Source: Camelus dromedarius
Taxonomy: Eukaryota
Assembly (NCBI RefSeq): GCF_036321535.1
Contig: NC_087438.1
Span: 6,884,001 to 6,948,000, forward strand
Length of the DNA stretch: 64,000 bases
Direction of reading: 5' to 3'
The notes beneath the pieces are model-generated. The model had not been told where the DNA came from and searched no databases. It worked only from the letters and a program-made list of their open reading frames with translations. Shown piece by piece: positions 34,531 through 48,109 of the stretch (positions within the stretch are counted from its first letter, which is position 1; each line of letters starts with the position of its first letter). A program made the translations under genes and the position numbers.

Positions 34531-35432
34531 GCCGACCATCCTTCCCTGGGAGCCGGTGTCGCTCTCTGGTGTATTGTCTTTGTCTGTGGTGGACCCTGGG
34601 GGCCCCAGACTGGCCCCCTTGGAGACCATGCAACCCGAAGCATCTGGCCTGCTTTCTCCCTGCCCTGCAAAGGGAGAGTGAGAGACGCCACCGGAAAAAA
34701 GAGACTGTCTTTAACTTCCTCTCCAATTGTACAGAAGATTCCAAATACATAAAATACTATCAAAACTCTATACCAGTCCAATTCTCAACAGCAACTGTGA
34801 CCAAAGCAAAGCACCATGCTGAACGAGTGGGGTAATTAAGGGTCCCTTTATTTCACAGCATCAAATATATCATCTCAAATGGACAAAATTACTGTAAAAG
34901 TAAAACATACAACATAAAGTTGTATAATGCATTTTCTCTGCATTTTATTCTTTAAATAATCTCTTATTTTTCTTACCTTGTTGGTATAAATTTGCCAACT
35001 ATTTTTCTTTGGAGGAATTGTTCTCACTTGGAGATCATGCCCAACCTACTACTTTATTTTATGAAATTATAGAGATAGCAGGTGATACTAGTTTTACTTT
35101 GTTCTATTTTCAACACTCGATATGACAAAGTAAGACTTTGGCAACGTTAGGTTCCTCAGGGAAAACTATTGCTGTGGTTGTCTTTAAACAAATCTGCAAA
35201 ATCTAAAAGTCTAGAAATGACCGCCTTTCTCTTCAGTCACTCCCCTCCGTCCATCCCTCAGGTGGAGACCTGGGGTTGGAAACCTGACCTGTTTCATGTG
35301 CTGGGTCAGACCTTTAGGGCTGGAGTGGAAGCTCAAGGAAAATCTCAATCTTCTTTAAAAAAAAAAAAAAATTCAATTCCTGGTCCAAAATTTAGCTGGA
35401 GTCATGTTGAATTTAAGTCTTCACATTAGAAG

Positions 35433-35876
35433 TTTCTTTTTTTAATTGATGTATAGTTGATTTATATTATGTTAGTTTCAGGTCTACAACACAGTGATTT
35501 GACATTTTTACAGATTATACTCCATTTAAAGTTATTACAAAATAATGGCTATGTTTTCCTGTTCTGTGCAATATATCTTTATTGCTTATTTGATTTATAC
35601 ATGGTAGTTTGTTTCTCTTAATCCCATGACTCTGTCTTGTCCCTTTCTCCTTCCTTCTCCCGACTGGTAACTACTAGTTTGTCTTCTATATCTGCAAGTC
35701 TGTTTCTGTTTTGTTATTTACCTTTGTTTGTTGTACTTTTCATATTCCATGTACAAATGATAACAGAGTATTTGTCTTTCTTTGACTTATTTCACTAAAC
35801 ATAATACTGTCTAGGTCCATCCACGTTGTTGCAAATGGTAGAATTTCATTCTTTTTATGGCTGAGTAATATTCCTT

Positions 35877-35940
<64 letters not shown>

Positions 35941-36599
35941 CACACACACAAACCCCACATCTTCTTTATCCATTCATCTGTTGATGGACAATTAGGTTAC
36001 TTCCATACCTTGGCTATTGTAAACAATGCTGCTATGAACAGTAGGGTGCATGTATCTTTTCGAGTTAGCATTTTCATTTTCTTCTGACATACACCCAGGA
36101 GTGGAATTACTGGATCATATGGTAGCTCTATTTTTAGTTTTTTGAGAGACCACCATACTGTTCTCCTTAGTGGCTGCACCAATTTACATTCCCACCAACA
36201 GTATAAAAGGGTTCCCTTTTCTCCACATCTTTCCCAACATTTGTTATTTGTGATCTTTTTGATGATAACCATTCGGACAAATGTGAGGTGATATCTTTTT
36301 GGATCTGTCTCCTAGGGCAAAAGAAAGAAAAGCAAAAATAAACAAATGGGACCTAATTAAACTTAAAAGCTTTTGCACAGCAAAGAAAACCATCAATAAA
36401 ATGAAAAGACAACCTACTGAATGGGAGAAGATACTTGCAAATAATATGACCAATAAGGGTTTAATATCCAAAATATACAAACACCTTGTACAACTCAATA
36501 TCAAAAAACAAACAATCATATTAAAATATGGGCAGAAGACCTGAATAGACATTCCATACAGAGACCAAACAGGAACATGAAAAGATGCTCAACTTCACT
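35433..36599 (-). mobile_element. 5'-inverted artiodactyl/camelid L1 (3'UTR + ORF2 end)
   Basis: Minus-strand part 35433-~36295 (ORF 35997-36272 with ...[14 protein letters not shown]...); plus-strand part ~36296-36599 (ORF 36299-36544 with [17 protein letters not shown]). Confidence 0.9.
35877..35950. repeat. (TAGA)16(CA)5 compound microsatellite inside the L1
   Basis: 16 perfect TAGA units at 35877-35940, then cacacacaca. Confidence 0.95.
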
Positions 36600-37059
36600 T
36601 GATACAGAGGTCAAAGTCCTAGACTTGGACTCAAGAGATCTGGGCACAGATACCATCTCCATTCTGTCTGAGCAATCTCTCAATCTCCCTCAACTTCTCT
36701 TTTTCCATTTCTAGGTCAAGGTGTAAGATCTCTAAAGGTCATGCATTAATCTTATGTTTTATGTGATTCCATCAACTTCCCATCTTCAAGCCAAATCAAT
36801 GAAACTTATCCTTTGGACCTGAGTTTATTAGTATTTCTACGGTAATGGTTCTTCCAGAGCATCTCCTTGTGTGATAAAGGAGACACTACTGAGGGGGGTA
36901 GGGCTGTTCTCTGAATCCGAGAAGCCCAAATAAAGGCAAGAAGACCTCCGTGTAGCAGTGTTTTTACAGACTTCATGAAAGGGGAGGCATTTTGAAAATT
37001 AGGGGGAATTTAGACACCTCTTCCCTCCTCCATTTGATCACAAGCTCAGATGACTTTAG

Positions 37060-37250
37060 AAATCAGGCAGTTCAAATCTAGAGGGAGCTGGCGGGGCCAG
37101 TAGGGAGTGGTGAGGACTGTGGTGAATTGGAAAGGGGGCAGCCTACTGGCAGACATTCAAATTCAGATATTTTTACAATTCTGTGTCAGCCAAACTGAAT
37201 AAAACTGTCACCTGAATTCAGCCTCTGTGCTGCCAACTTTCAACTTCAGA
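37060..37250. mobile_element. hAT-Charlie fragment (MER102/MER103-like)
   Basis: 'gggagtggtgaggactgtggtgaattgga...attcaaattc...gtcagccaaac...gaattcagcc...gccaactttcaacttc'. Confidence 0.5.
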
Positions 37251-40200
37251 TCTGAACTGTTCGGTCCCTGAGAAAGGGGGCTGGTCCTTGGGATACACAC
37301 TTGCGGGTTTTGTCCAACCCACCAGATAGGAAATGAACAGCAGGCAGGAACTCACAGAGGGGCGGCAGCCACAGAGGGCTGTGCTCTCACTGGTCCATCA
37401 TCTAGTGTGGAGTCCCACAGCCTTCCCCCAGAACTGTTTCAGGCTTTGTGGGGAAGCAGGGGGACTGAGTGCATCATGGACCAGCACTGGTCACCCTGCT
37501 GATGCTCCACGGTGTTGGCCCTTACGTGCTTTCTCATAGGCCTCCTGCTCCAGGACTGTCCTACTCAGCACCTAGGTTTAACCTCTCCACTTCTTCACTG
37601 TGAGTCCCACCCTCAACTGCCCCATCTCCTCAGGAGAAATGTCTGTATAACCAGGTGTGGTGGCAAATGTGGGACTTGAGAAGCCAGGGTGAAAAGACCA
37701 AGGGGTCCTGCCCCGCTTCCAGCATCTGCTGCATCCCACAGAGAAAGCAGAGCATCTCCAGGCATCTGGGGCTGAGCAGAGACCCAGCGTCCAGGGAAGA
37801 GCAGGCACAAGTCAGGAAGGACCTTTTCCCGCCTGGACAACTCCAGAAGGACGAGGACCTGGAAGCCACGGGAGCCAGTCACCTGCCTGAAGAAGCTGAC
37901 CTCTGAGACGTGTAGGGGGAAAGGGATGGCAAACCGAAAGGGGTACAAGGGTTTCAAGTATGCACTGAATGTCCTGAAAATGTGAACCAGCGGGGTTGCG
38001 GAGCTGAGAAGACATGGCGAGGCAGAGCCTAGAGTAGTAAGATTATTCCTGCACTTACTTCTCTATATTATTGTTAAAATGAGAATTCCAGACCCATCAG
38101 CCTCTTTTTTCTGTTGTTATAACTGCTGAAGTCCATAATTGTTCTCTTGCACATGTGGCTAGGAAATCCAGCCTTCACAGGGGCCACGTGGAAAAATCCC
38201 ACCAGGTCCTAAAGCAAAAGCTGTCACACCCCAGCAGCGTCATCTTTCTCCCATTCTATTTGTAATGAGCATTGCCTTTCCTGGTGGGTTTTTAAAAAAA
38301 AAAAAAAATTAAATAAAACCTTAGCCAAATTTACACTGCAGAAGTTTCTTTTATGAAAAACAGATGGAAAAAGCTAACTTAAAAATGCAAATCATTACAT
38401 TATAATGACTTCTTAATTTTAAAAGTTACGAATACAGCTTCCCAGGAGGGACGAAAGGAGACGGTGACAACAGCTGCTGAAGAAAGATCAGAAGCGGGAG
38501 GTGCCTGAAAAGCAAGGAAGGCTGGAGACCTGCAGAGATCATAAGGAATATTCCTCGTCCTTGGACGTGGTGGGCTGAGCGCTCACACAAGCTCATTTCG
38601 GCAGCGTTTATTCAGGTAAAGGAAAGAAATGGAGACACCACCAATCCTCAGGATGCAGGTTACTCCCAAAGGTGTCTGCATGTGCTACAAGGAATACAGA
38701 GTTCTAGCAACAGACATTTCATGTCCTTCCTCCACACTTTCTGCTCAGCTCCTCAGACAGGAATATGAAACCACAGTTCACAAATGTTCCTGATCCTAAG
38801 ATATTTACTCAGATGTTAAACTCCTCCTGGAATGGGTATTTAGCACAGAGATTTCTTTATATTTTCATAACTGGCCTCTCTTGAAACCCACTGTTGAAGA
38901 GAGTTGAACTCTTAAACACGCTCTTATTTTTGGAAAAATTTGTTGGGCTTCCTCCCTCAGATTAACCCCTCTCCTTCCCTCTTTCCCAATAAAGGAGAGA
39001 TTTTAGAAATATTTTCAACTTACCAGTAAATTTCACTGTTGCCCTTGTGAATAAAATTCAATATATATGCAAAATATGCCTCCTTCTCCCTTTTGATTCT
39101 TTGTACTTTTTGACTAGCAAGTCATCACAGGTTTAAAATACACACATGCTGTCTCCTGATTAATACATTCAGTGTATCCGAGAGCTGACCCTGTCATCGG
39201 TGGCGTCAGCTCTCTCCGACACACTGCTCGGGGCAGTCTGGCCTGTGTCAGAGCATTAACTGTGTCTTCTGGGTGAAGGGCTGACACGCATGTGCTTTGT
39301 GCAGCCCTGGTCTCAGCAGAACAGACTGAAATTAAACAGCTGAAAGTATTTTCAAATTTCTGCCTGGGGACCACTTAATGTATAGGAACTCAGCATGAAT
39401 TTCCCACTGAGATAAAAGTGTAAAAGTTGTTCTTTCTTTTTCCTCTTTTTTTTTTTTTTTTCTGAAAGTCACCTCCTTTCTCTCCCAAACAGAACATCAA
39501 TAGAATATCATGTCTTTCAAGTTCTTATCCTAGGTTAGGGGAAAGAAAAGGAGTCCTAAACTCAGCTGTCATTCATCTCCTAATAAAAAAAACGGATCAA
39601 AATCTCACTGGGGGAAGAAACAGAAGAGGAGGATGCATTAGAGCTTATGGCTGCTTTTTTCTCTCTACCGGAATGAGGCAGATTCCACTACAACTGCTGC
39701 ACTGAAAGCCAGGAGCAGGAATCAGTTTGACTGCCATGTGTGGGGAACATGGGTCTCCCGGGGGCTCTCAGTCAACTCATAGCTCCGGAAAGCAAACACA
39801 GTCACCACAGCATCATGCCACTCAGCAGAGAGTTGAGTGTGATATACAAGGCTTTGTCTTGAACTGCATCCAGGGCGTCAAGTTGCTGAAACACTGAGCG
39901 CTCCTTCACTGCGTCTCCACTTCAGTGGAGGATCTCCTTTCAGATACTCCACCCCACACCCAGCACCGCCACCCATGGGACCTGCCACGGAGTGTGGCCC
40001 CAAGGGTGGCTCATGCTCCTCAGGAGGCTTCCGTTCATTCGACCTCGAGCTACTTACTCAGACTCAGCGTCCATAAGCATCCAAACAGAACCAGACGTCT
40101 AACAGATAAATCTGACAGCATTTGGACGTGAATCAAGAACCCTTGCAATGAAGCAGCAGCTGTCTGATTACAGAGACAATACGAGCCTTTCAGAGCTATC

Positions 40201-40404
40201 TATCCGTCCTGAGTTTGGGGTCACTTTTGCTTAGGTCATGTGGCTACATCCGGGCTCCAAACACAGTTAACTGTAAGGTTAGGGACGCAGAGAGCAACTG
40301 GGTGGCCTGTGAATGCACTTTTGGAGAAACTTTCAGAACCTAGAGGCATGCATCACCTTTCACACAGAAGAATGAAACTGCAAAATGTTGGAATGTTCTA
40401 GTGC

Positions 40405-41270
40405 CTTTGGCGTGTGTCAGCTAAGCTGAGCTAAAAGCACATTTCCCAGCGTCCTCATCCCCGTGTGGTCCTGGGTTAGTGCTGGCCACAAGGGACATTT
40501 CACATGAGATTTGAGATACAGAAGTGAATTAGCAGCTACATCTTTTCACGCTCTGAAGGCCTGCGCAGGGCTCAAGGCACAGTGGCAGCTCACGCACATT
40601 GTCACTGACCTGCTGGGTCACCTCGATGGTGTGGGGTGTGGGGGATGGTGGGGGATGGCACCCAAGTCACAGCCCCTCCAGGGCCACAAGCAGGACACTA
40701 GGAAACAGTGAGTGAGGCACTTACCTCGGGGCACACAGTGTACAGGGGCATCCAAAAGCTCAGTAATCAAGATAGGCAATATATTCATGTGATTTTTTTT
40801 TAAGAATGAGGGAAGATATATGGTAAACAAATTACCGAAATATTAAATCGACTGGATGGGTAACAGTGCTGGAATGAGCCATACTGCAGTTTGAGGCAAA
40901 AGGAAAAATCAGCAGCACTGAGCTCACAAGCCATGAGCTCTCCTTCAGCTTGTCCGGAGCCTGGGACAGGCTCACGTGCAGCCTCGGAGCTGAGGGTGTC
41001 TGTCCCAGGCATTGATGTAGACAGTGTGTGGCATTCACAAGTTCCATTCTGCCTCACTGGGTCCAGCTCTTCCCCCTCAGGTGTTCCAGTTTGTCAGTTT
41101 TCCCTTCTACATCCAGCAGTCCTTTCCAGTGGTCACTGGGGTGGCCCTACATCAACGCAATCTCAGCGCTCAATGCAGAAACCGGACACCATGTCAACAG
41201 GAGGCACGGGAAGCCCCAGCAGCACTCCATCCACCGTACCATGGTGGTGGTTCTGCTTCCCTGATGGATG
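40405..41270 (-). mobile_element. ERVL LTR remnant(s) (LTR40-like), interrupted
   Basis: 'gctaagctg...catttcccag...gtggtcctgggttagtgctggccacaagg...gagatttgaga...gaagtgaa' and end 'gtggttctgcttccctgat'. Confidence 0.5.
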
Positions 41271-42061
41271 AGGGCGTGATTGCTGTCTGCCAGCTAGCTT
41301 ATGTCAACTAGGAACACAACTCGAGTTCCACGAACAGTTAGGCCAAGTTGAACAGTGAAATATCTACAGCTTTCCCTCTGTCTGTGTGAACCATCTCTTT
41401 GACAAGGTCAAGATGTTGCCTGGTGCATTTTTTTGCTAAATGACCAAAGGTTCCCTATGAGTGGAGCCTATGTTTACACCTGAGAGAAAACTGATAGCCA
41501 GGCTGTCCCTGCACCTCTACCAAGACAGAGACACTCTGCAACTTTGGTTTGTCTTTTTCTTTATCAGCAATAGAGACAAAGCCATAGTGCCCTGATGAAG
41601 GCATAGAGTGCACTTAAACTCAAATTCCACAAACCTGAACCCCATTGGAAGAAGCTACTACTGTTGTGTTTGAAAGCACCAGCTGCAAAGTGAAGTCATA
41701 CTTAAAATATAATTAAAAGGGAAAAATTGTTTATCTTCTTTTAAGGATTTTTATGCTGGTCCCAGGCTATAAGATCATAGGTTAGTTTCTGAGTAACTTT
41801 GGTATTATTATAAGTCCTGAAGCTGGTTAAGGTGGAGACTGGGGCCGGATCACAAAAAGACTCACACTATCTCTGGGGAAGATACTGCTTTTTGAGGAAT
41901 TTTGGCTCAGTTGGATAAACCATGGCTTATCCAAAAGTGAGTGACTCTGCTCCTGAGACTTGCTGTGAAACAAACTGGGACACAGAGATGTGGACACCTA
42001 AGGGCAGCTGCTGGGGGTTAGAGACTTCACTGTGAAGAGAGCCACTCTCTGTGACAGACCT

Positions 42062-42265
42062 AGACCAGCACTATTGATACCCTTGTGGGATAATTCTTTG
42101 CTGTAGGGGATGCTCCTTTACACTCTAGAATGTTGAGCAACATCCACAGCTCCATCTACTAGATGCTAGTAACACCGTCTCCCCCAGTGTGGCCACCAGA
42201 AAGGTCTCCAGACATTGCAAAACATCTGCTCAGTGACAAAAGTGCCCCCAGATAAGAACCACTGG
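42062..42265. mobile_element. MER20 hAT-Charlie DNA transposon
   Basis: 'cagcactattga...ggataattctttgctg...ctactagatgctagta...tctccagacattgc...agaaccactg'; similar to 2808-3024. Confidence 0.8.
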
Positions 42266-42647
42266 TGTAGATGACAACACAGCCTCCTTCCAGCTACCCA
42301 GGCTGATGCTGGGGTAGCAAAGCCAGGGTGGGACCAACCCAGGGTCTGATACTGAAAGTTCAGGGGCAGATAAGGATGAAGTCTGCCTACAAATAAAGGC
42401 AGATTGTAGACAAGGAGAGGCTGATACCAAGTCAATCTCCAGAGATATCATATGCCAGATAAGAGTCAGATCAGGCTCAGATGAGGGACCAACTAGAAGA
42501 CCAACCCAAGGAACCTGAAAGGGTATTTTGCACTGATGTGGTGGACATCGTGTGTTTGGTAACAGAGACTGGGAAGATTGAGGACCTTAAGAGCATCCTT
42601 TTAATATTCACAGACAAAGCTTTTCAGCCCTTCCAGACAAAATTGGT

Positions 42648-42780
42648 TGAGTCAGTTAGCTGTTGCTTTGTAACAAACTGCACCAAAAACTCAATGGAGT
42701 AAAAGAAAAATATTTTTATCCCCCCTAGTCTGTGGATCAGCTGGAGGGTCTTCTGGTCCTGGCTGGGCAGTTCTAGGCTC
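42648..42780 (-). mobile_element. Old MLT1 LTR fragment
   Basis: 'agtcagttagctgttgctttgtaacaaactgcaccaaaaactcaatgg...tctgtggatcagctgg'. Confidence 0.55.
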
Positions 42781-43230
42781 CTAGACTCTTTTAGGTAGTT
42801 AGGATAAACATAACAGAATATCTAATGTGAGATCTTGTAATCTTAATTGTTTAATTATGAAACATAAACTACTCTTCTTGATTACTAATGTATCATTCCA
42901 CAGGAATCATGATGGTTCAATTCTGTCTCTCCTGTCATCCCTACTATTATTATGCTGTCAGCCTGGCATAATACTGTCAGCCTAGAAGTCACTCTTGCCA
43001 ACACTAATTGGCCGTCCCACTCAGCTAATAACCCTATTTAAATGTTAGCACCAAATAACTTTGACCTTTTTCTAGGAAGTTGCTGTATGTCAAAAAAAAA
43101 AAGGATCATTTCAGGTAGCATGATACAAGATTAACATAGAGAAATCAGTTGCATTTCTTTACACTAACAAGGAAATATCAGAAAAGGAAAGTAAAAAAAC
43201 AATCAAATCACATCCAAAAAAATAAAATAC

Positions 43231-43767
43231 TTGGAAATAAATCTGACCAAAGAAGTGAAAGACTTATATGTGGAGAACTACAAAACACTGAGTAAGGAAA
43301 TTAAAGGTGATTTAAAGAAATGGAAAGATATCCCATGTTCTTGGATTGAAAGAATTACTATTGTTAAAATGGCCATGCTGCCCAAAGCAATCTACAGATT
43401 TAATGCAATCCTTATCAAATTACCCAGGTTATTTTTCACAGAACTAGAACAAATAATCCTAAAATTTACATGGAATCACAAAAGACCCAGAACTGCCAAA
43501 GCATTACTGAAGAAAAAGAATGAAGCTGGAGGAATAACCCTCCCAGACTTCAGACAACACTACAGAGCTACAGTCATCAAAACAGCATGGTGTTGGTACA
43601 AAAACAGACATATGGATCAATGGAACAGAACAGAGAGCCCAGAAATAAACCCACAGACCTACAGTCAATTAGTCTTCAACAAAGGGAGCAAGAATATACA
43701 ATGGAGTAAAAACAATCTCCTCAGCAAATGGTGCTGGGAAACTGGACAGCTGCATGTAAATCAATGA
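43231..43767 (+). pseudogene. L1 ORF2p fragment (C-terminal to the RT core)
   Basis: ...[13 protein letters not shown]...[11 protein letters not shown]...GGITLPDF...[17 protein letters not shown]; ends by frameshift. Confidence 0.9.
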
Positions 43768-44172
43768 AGTTAGACTACTCCCTCACATCATACACAAATA
43801 AGCTCAAAATGGTTTAAAGACTTAAAAACATAAGACAAGACAGTGTAGACCTCTTAGAAGAAAACATACACAAAACATTATCTGACATAAATCCTAGCAA
43901 TGTTCTCCTAGGGCAATAGAAATAAAAGCCAAAATAAACAAATGGGACATAATGAAACTTACAAGCTTCTGCACAGCAAAGGAAACCATAAGCAAAACTA
44001 AATGACAACCTATGGAATGGGAGAAAGTATTTGCAGAAGATGAGACTGACAAGGGCTTAATTTCCAGAATATATAAACAGCTGATACAACTTAATAAAAA
44101 AAAATCCAAAAATAGGGAGAATACCTGAGCAAGCAATTCTTCAATGAAGACATACAAATTTCCAAAAAGAAC

Positions 44173-44715
44173 ATGAAAAAATGTTCAATATCACTAATTA
44201 CCAGAGAAATGCAAATCAAAACTACAATGAGGTATCACCTCACACCAGCCAGAATGGCCATCATTAAAAAGTCCACAAACAATAAATTCTGGAAAGGGTA
44301 TGGAGAAAAGGGAGCCCTCCTCCACTGCTGGTGGGAATGTAGTCTGGTGCAGCCATTATGGAAAACATTATGGAAATTCCTCAAAAAACTAAAAGTAGAC
44401 TTACTGTATGATCCAGCAATCCCACTCTTGAGCATATATCCAGAGGGAACCTTAATTCAACAAGATACATGCACCCCAATGTTCATAGCAGCACTATTTA
44501 CAATAGCCAAGACATGGACACAACCTAAATGTCTATTGACAGATGACTGGATAAAGCTGTGGTATATTTATACAATGAAACACTACTCAGCTATAAAAAA
44601 TAATAAAATAATGCTATTTGCAGCAACATGGATGGACTTGGAGATTGTCATTCTAAGTGAAGTAAGCAAGAAAGAGAAAGGAAAATACCATATATCACTT
44701 ATATATGGAATCTAA
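44173..44715 (+). pseudogene. L1 ORF2p C-terminal cysteine-rich region fragment
   Basis: [15 protein letters not shown]...LLHCWWEC...YDPAIPLL...CTPMFIAALFTIAKTW. Confidence 0.9.
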
Positions 44716-45204
44716 AAAAAAGACAAATGAACTTATTTACAAAACAGAAACAGACTCACTGACATAGAAAACAAACTTACAGTTACCAGGGGGGAAGTGG
44801 GTGGGAAGGGATAAATTGGGAGTTCAAGATTTGCAGATACTGACTACTATATATAAAATAGATAAAGAAGTTTTTTCTGTAGAGCACAGGGAACTATATT
44901 CAATATCTTGTAGTAGTTTATGGTGAAAACAAATATATGTATGTATATGTGTGACTGAACTATCATGCTTTACTAGAAATTGACACAATATTGCAAACTG
45001 ACTATACTTTAATAAAATTTTTTAAAAAGATCATTTCTTTTTCTACATTCCAGATTACTCAAATTGTGCTTTTTGTTGTCACATGGACCCTTGCTACACA
45101 CACACACACAAATGGCTTTACATTTTAAATTGACATTCACTCTCAGTCTTAAGTAATAGTTTGCCAGTTGTAACACAAATGTAACAATGGCAACAAAACC
45201 AACA

Positions 45205-45418
45205 AAACAGCTAGCATTTATCGAGCGCTTACTGTGTACCAGGCATAGAGGGTGTACATGGATAACTCTTTTCATCTTCTCAGTGACCCTTTTTTTACAG
45301 ACAAAGAAACTAAGGCACCAGAAGGATAAGTGACTCATCCAAGGTCTCTCGGTTGACATGGAGTGGGATTCAAACCCCAGCGGTCTGCTCCGGAGTCCGT
45401 GTTTCCATCCGTACACTT
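45205..45418 (-). mobile_element. MIR SINE
   Basis: 'agctagcatttatcgagcgcttactgtgtaccaggca...ttttacagacaaagaaactaaggcac...gggattcaaacccc'. Confidence 0.85.
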
Positions 45419-46269
45419 TAAGTGCCTCTCCAATGTTGAATAAATTACAGATATTCGATGGAATTTTGATGTCTTGCCAATCATTATGAAGTTAACATTT
45501 CTTTTGGAGGGAAAGTTAAATATAAGTGCAGCCATTTGGTTAAAGATACAAGATTGGTGATCACTTTGAAATTCAAAGACTGCTGACTTGGCTAACTAGA
45601 GATGACATTAATTCCTTTCATTTGCTTTATGTAGATATCACTGTAGGCGAAACACAAATTATTTAGTGTAATAGAATCCAGTCTCTTGCTATAATATACC
45701 ATAACTTTGTTTCTGCAACAGTGCTCTAATTGACTCTGATCAAACATTTTTCAGTTATGTGGTGTTGTAAAGTCTGGATGTTTTAAGAAACTGAGCTAGA
45801 AATGGTATAAGTCAGGGAAAAAGGAAGTTAAAGTATGGGAAGGTACAGTTCCATCAATAGTTCTGCAGAGGATCCAATTAAAATGTAAATTCATCCTTTA
45901 AGAGAAGAAGAATAATTTGATCAACAGAAAACTAATGTGGGAGAAGAACACGTGTCATTGAGTCAGAAAAGCTGGGGGTGGGGAAGGACTACACGGCAGC
46001 AAATTAACCTTTACAGGAAGGGAGGCACTGGTGTAATAAATGCATATGAAATATAAAACACAGATTAGAGTTCCTTTTAACACAACTAGCAAAGTAGTCA
46101 TTTGAAAATCCATTTGCAAATAAATCAGGAAAAGTTCTTTGGAGAAGAAACATCAATAAAGTTATTAGCAATATCAAAGAACTGGTTTCTCATAGAGAAA
46201 TGACATTAAGAAAATTGAGGACGGTACACGTCTTTTTACTAACTTAAAATACGTAACAGTATTTCTACA

Positions 46270-46940
46270 TTTGAAACAAGTTATTTTATTGCAGTTTGAC
46301 ACACATATGGAGACATCACAAGGCTTACGTGTGCATTTCAGTGAGCTATCAAGATTACATCCATGTAACCATCACCGAAGTCAAGAAACAGAACAACCCC
46401 CACAGAAATCCCCTCAAGCGTCCTCCCTACTAATCCCTCCCAATTTTTCCCCAGATACAACAACTCTCCTGGCCTTTAACACCACAGACTTTCCCTTTCC
46501 CTTAAGCTTTATAAAATAGTGACTCTCACAGTCCAATATTCTTTTCTGTCTGACTTCTTTCTTTTCACATTGTCTTTGTGAGATTTACCCATGCTGTTTC
46601 ATTCTGCAGTGTTTCAGTGATTCCCATGGCTATACAGAGGCTTGTTGCATTATTGAATTTACCAAAATCTATTTGTTCTACTATTAATGGACATTGGGGT
46701 TGCTTCCCATTTAGGACTTTCATGTCTCATTTCATTGGGAACATTCCCACACACGTTGTTTGTTGCACACACATGTGCATTACTGTTAGGGGTGAAACTG
46801 CAAAGGCAAAGTACATGCGTGTTCACTTGAGTAGATACTGCCAAACTCTTTTCCCAAATAATAGAGCCAATTTACACTCCATCAGTAGGGCAAAGGAGTT
46901 TCTGTTGCCCATATCCAGCCGCCACTTTTATTTTAACTGA
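46270..46940 (-). mobile_element. Old L1ME-type 3' end
   Basis: 'catccatgtaaccatcac', 'gtgagatttacccatgctgtt', 'atggacattggggttgcttccc', 'agatactgccaaactcttttcccaaa...ccaatttacactcc'. Confidence 0.8.
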
Positions 46941-47214
46941 AAGGTAACTTTATCACACCGCTGCTAATAATCACACGCAGTGATTTAGCAAACCTCGTCC
47001 CGTCTCTCCCAGTGCCATCAGCTCTGTGGTCACAGAGAAATTCAAAGCCTTTTCCTCCTGCTCCCCTACCACGTTCGCCCCCCAGACTTTGACTATCCAC
47101 ACGTTGCTTCTGTCGTCGCCCAATACTCGTCCCATGAGGCTTGTCCACCACCTGTACATCGAAGGTGGTGCCCCCTCCCCACAACCACCCTGGTCACCGG
47201 TCATCGTTTAATCA

Positions 47215-47400
47215 CTTGTTCTAACCGTGACCATTTATGCAATACTGACTGTGTGTTTGTCACTGAGCTCGCACTAGGGATAAAGGTGACTACGACCTGG
47301 ACTCTGTCCTGAGGAGCTTACAGTCCAGGAGGGAAAACATATGAAAGTGGACAAGTGCAGTAAGTTACAATAAACATAACTGGAAAAATGTGTGGATGTA
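47215..47400 (-). mobile_element. L2 3' region
   Basis: 'catttatgcaatactgactgtgtg...gcactagggataaa...ctgtcctgaggagcttacagtcca'. Confidence 0.65.
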
Positions 47401-47411
47401 ACACAGGTGTA

Positions 47412-47468
47412 AAAAGAAAGGGGGAGGAAGGAAGGAAGGAAGGAAGGAAAGAAGAAAGGGAAGGAAAC
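47412..47468. repeat. (GGAA)n purine-rich simple repeat
   Basis: ggaggaaggaaggaaggaaggaaggaaagaagaaagggaaggaa. Confidence 0.85.
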
Positions 47469-48109
47469 AGGTCGGTTTGCTTGAAAAGAAAAGACAATGG
47501 ATGGAACTTTGGCCAGAATCTTGAAAGCTAAGTAGAAGTACAGGAAAGGAGGTAGGAGTCAAGCAAATACAGCACAGATACAGGAGCAGAGGCTGAAGGG
47601 TGGAAATGGCCCGCTGCCCAGGACCAGTCCTGAGCAGATCCACATAGCTGGGGCTGAGACAAAGCTGGACGGTCCACAGACCTGACCCATAACCTCTGAG
47701 TCTCCCTCTCCCCACTCCCACCATGGCCTCCGCTCACCCAGACCACCCTGCCTGATCCAGTGCCCCCACCGACTGTCCCATCTCGGGCAGCCTCCTGGCT
47801 GCGCTTCCACCACAGCCACCTGATGCGGAGGCAGCCCCACAGTCTTCCTCTTCTCCTCTTGCTCTGGATGACGGACAAAGGGTTAGCAGCCACAGAGAGG
47901 GAATCTCCAGACAAAATGTGTACGACCTTGCCTGCATTTTCTCTGCTGGTCACTTCCCCAAGGCCCAAAGACTCTGGTGTTCTGTTAATTATAAAGAACT
48001 TGACCAACAGGGACAGGCTTCTGCTGTCCTGACGCTTCCACAGTCTGCTAAATTATTTTAAAAGTTAATCAATCCATAATGCTTGTCTGGAGAGCCTTAT
48101 GTACGAAGC

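Larger units (their letters stand above)
43113..45023 (+). mobile_element. 5'-truncated camelid L1 (~1.9 kb: ORF2 3' third + 3'UTR)
   Basis: L1 ORF2 peptides and 3'UTR; TSD GATCATTTC at 43104-43112 and 45029-45037. Confidence 0.95.

Noticed and set aside
34977..35045. 69-nt minus-strand exon (VGHDLQVRTIPPKKNSWQIYTNK) with strong donor AAG|gtaaga
   Set aside because: The acceptor is purine-rich (aaaataaagtagtag) with no polypyrimidine tract, and the peptide is unrecognised.
35740..35973. ORF with SIYL repeats as a repetitive protein
   Set aside because: It is the translation of the (TAGA)n microsatellite within an L1.
43231..44715. Active or domesticated L1 ORF2
   Set aside because: 5'-truncated, lacks endonuclease and RT core, and has frameshifts and stops between the two ORFs.
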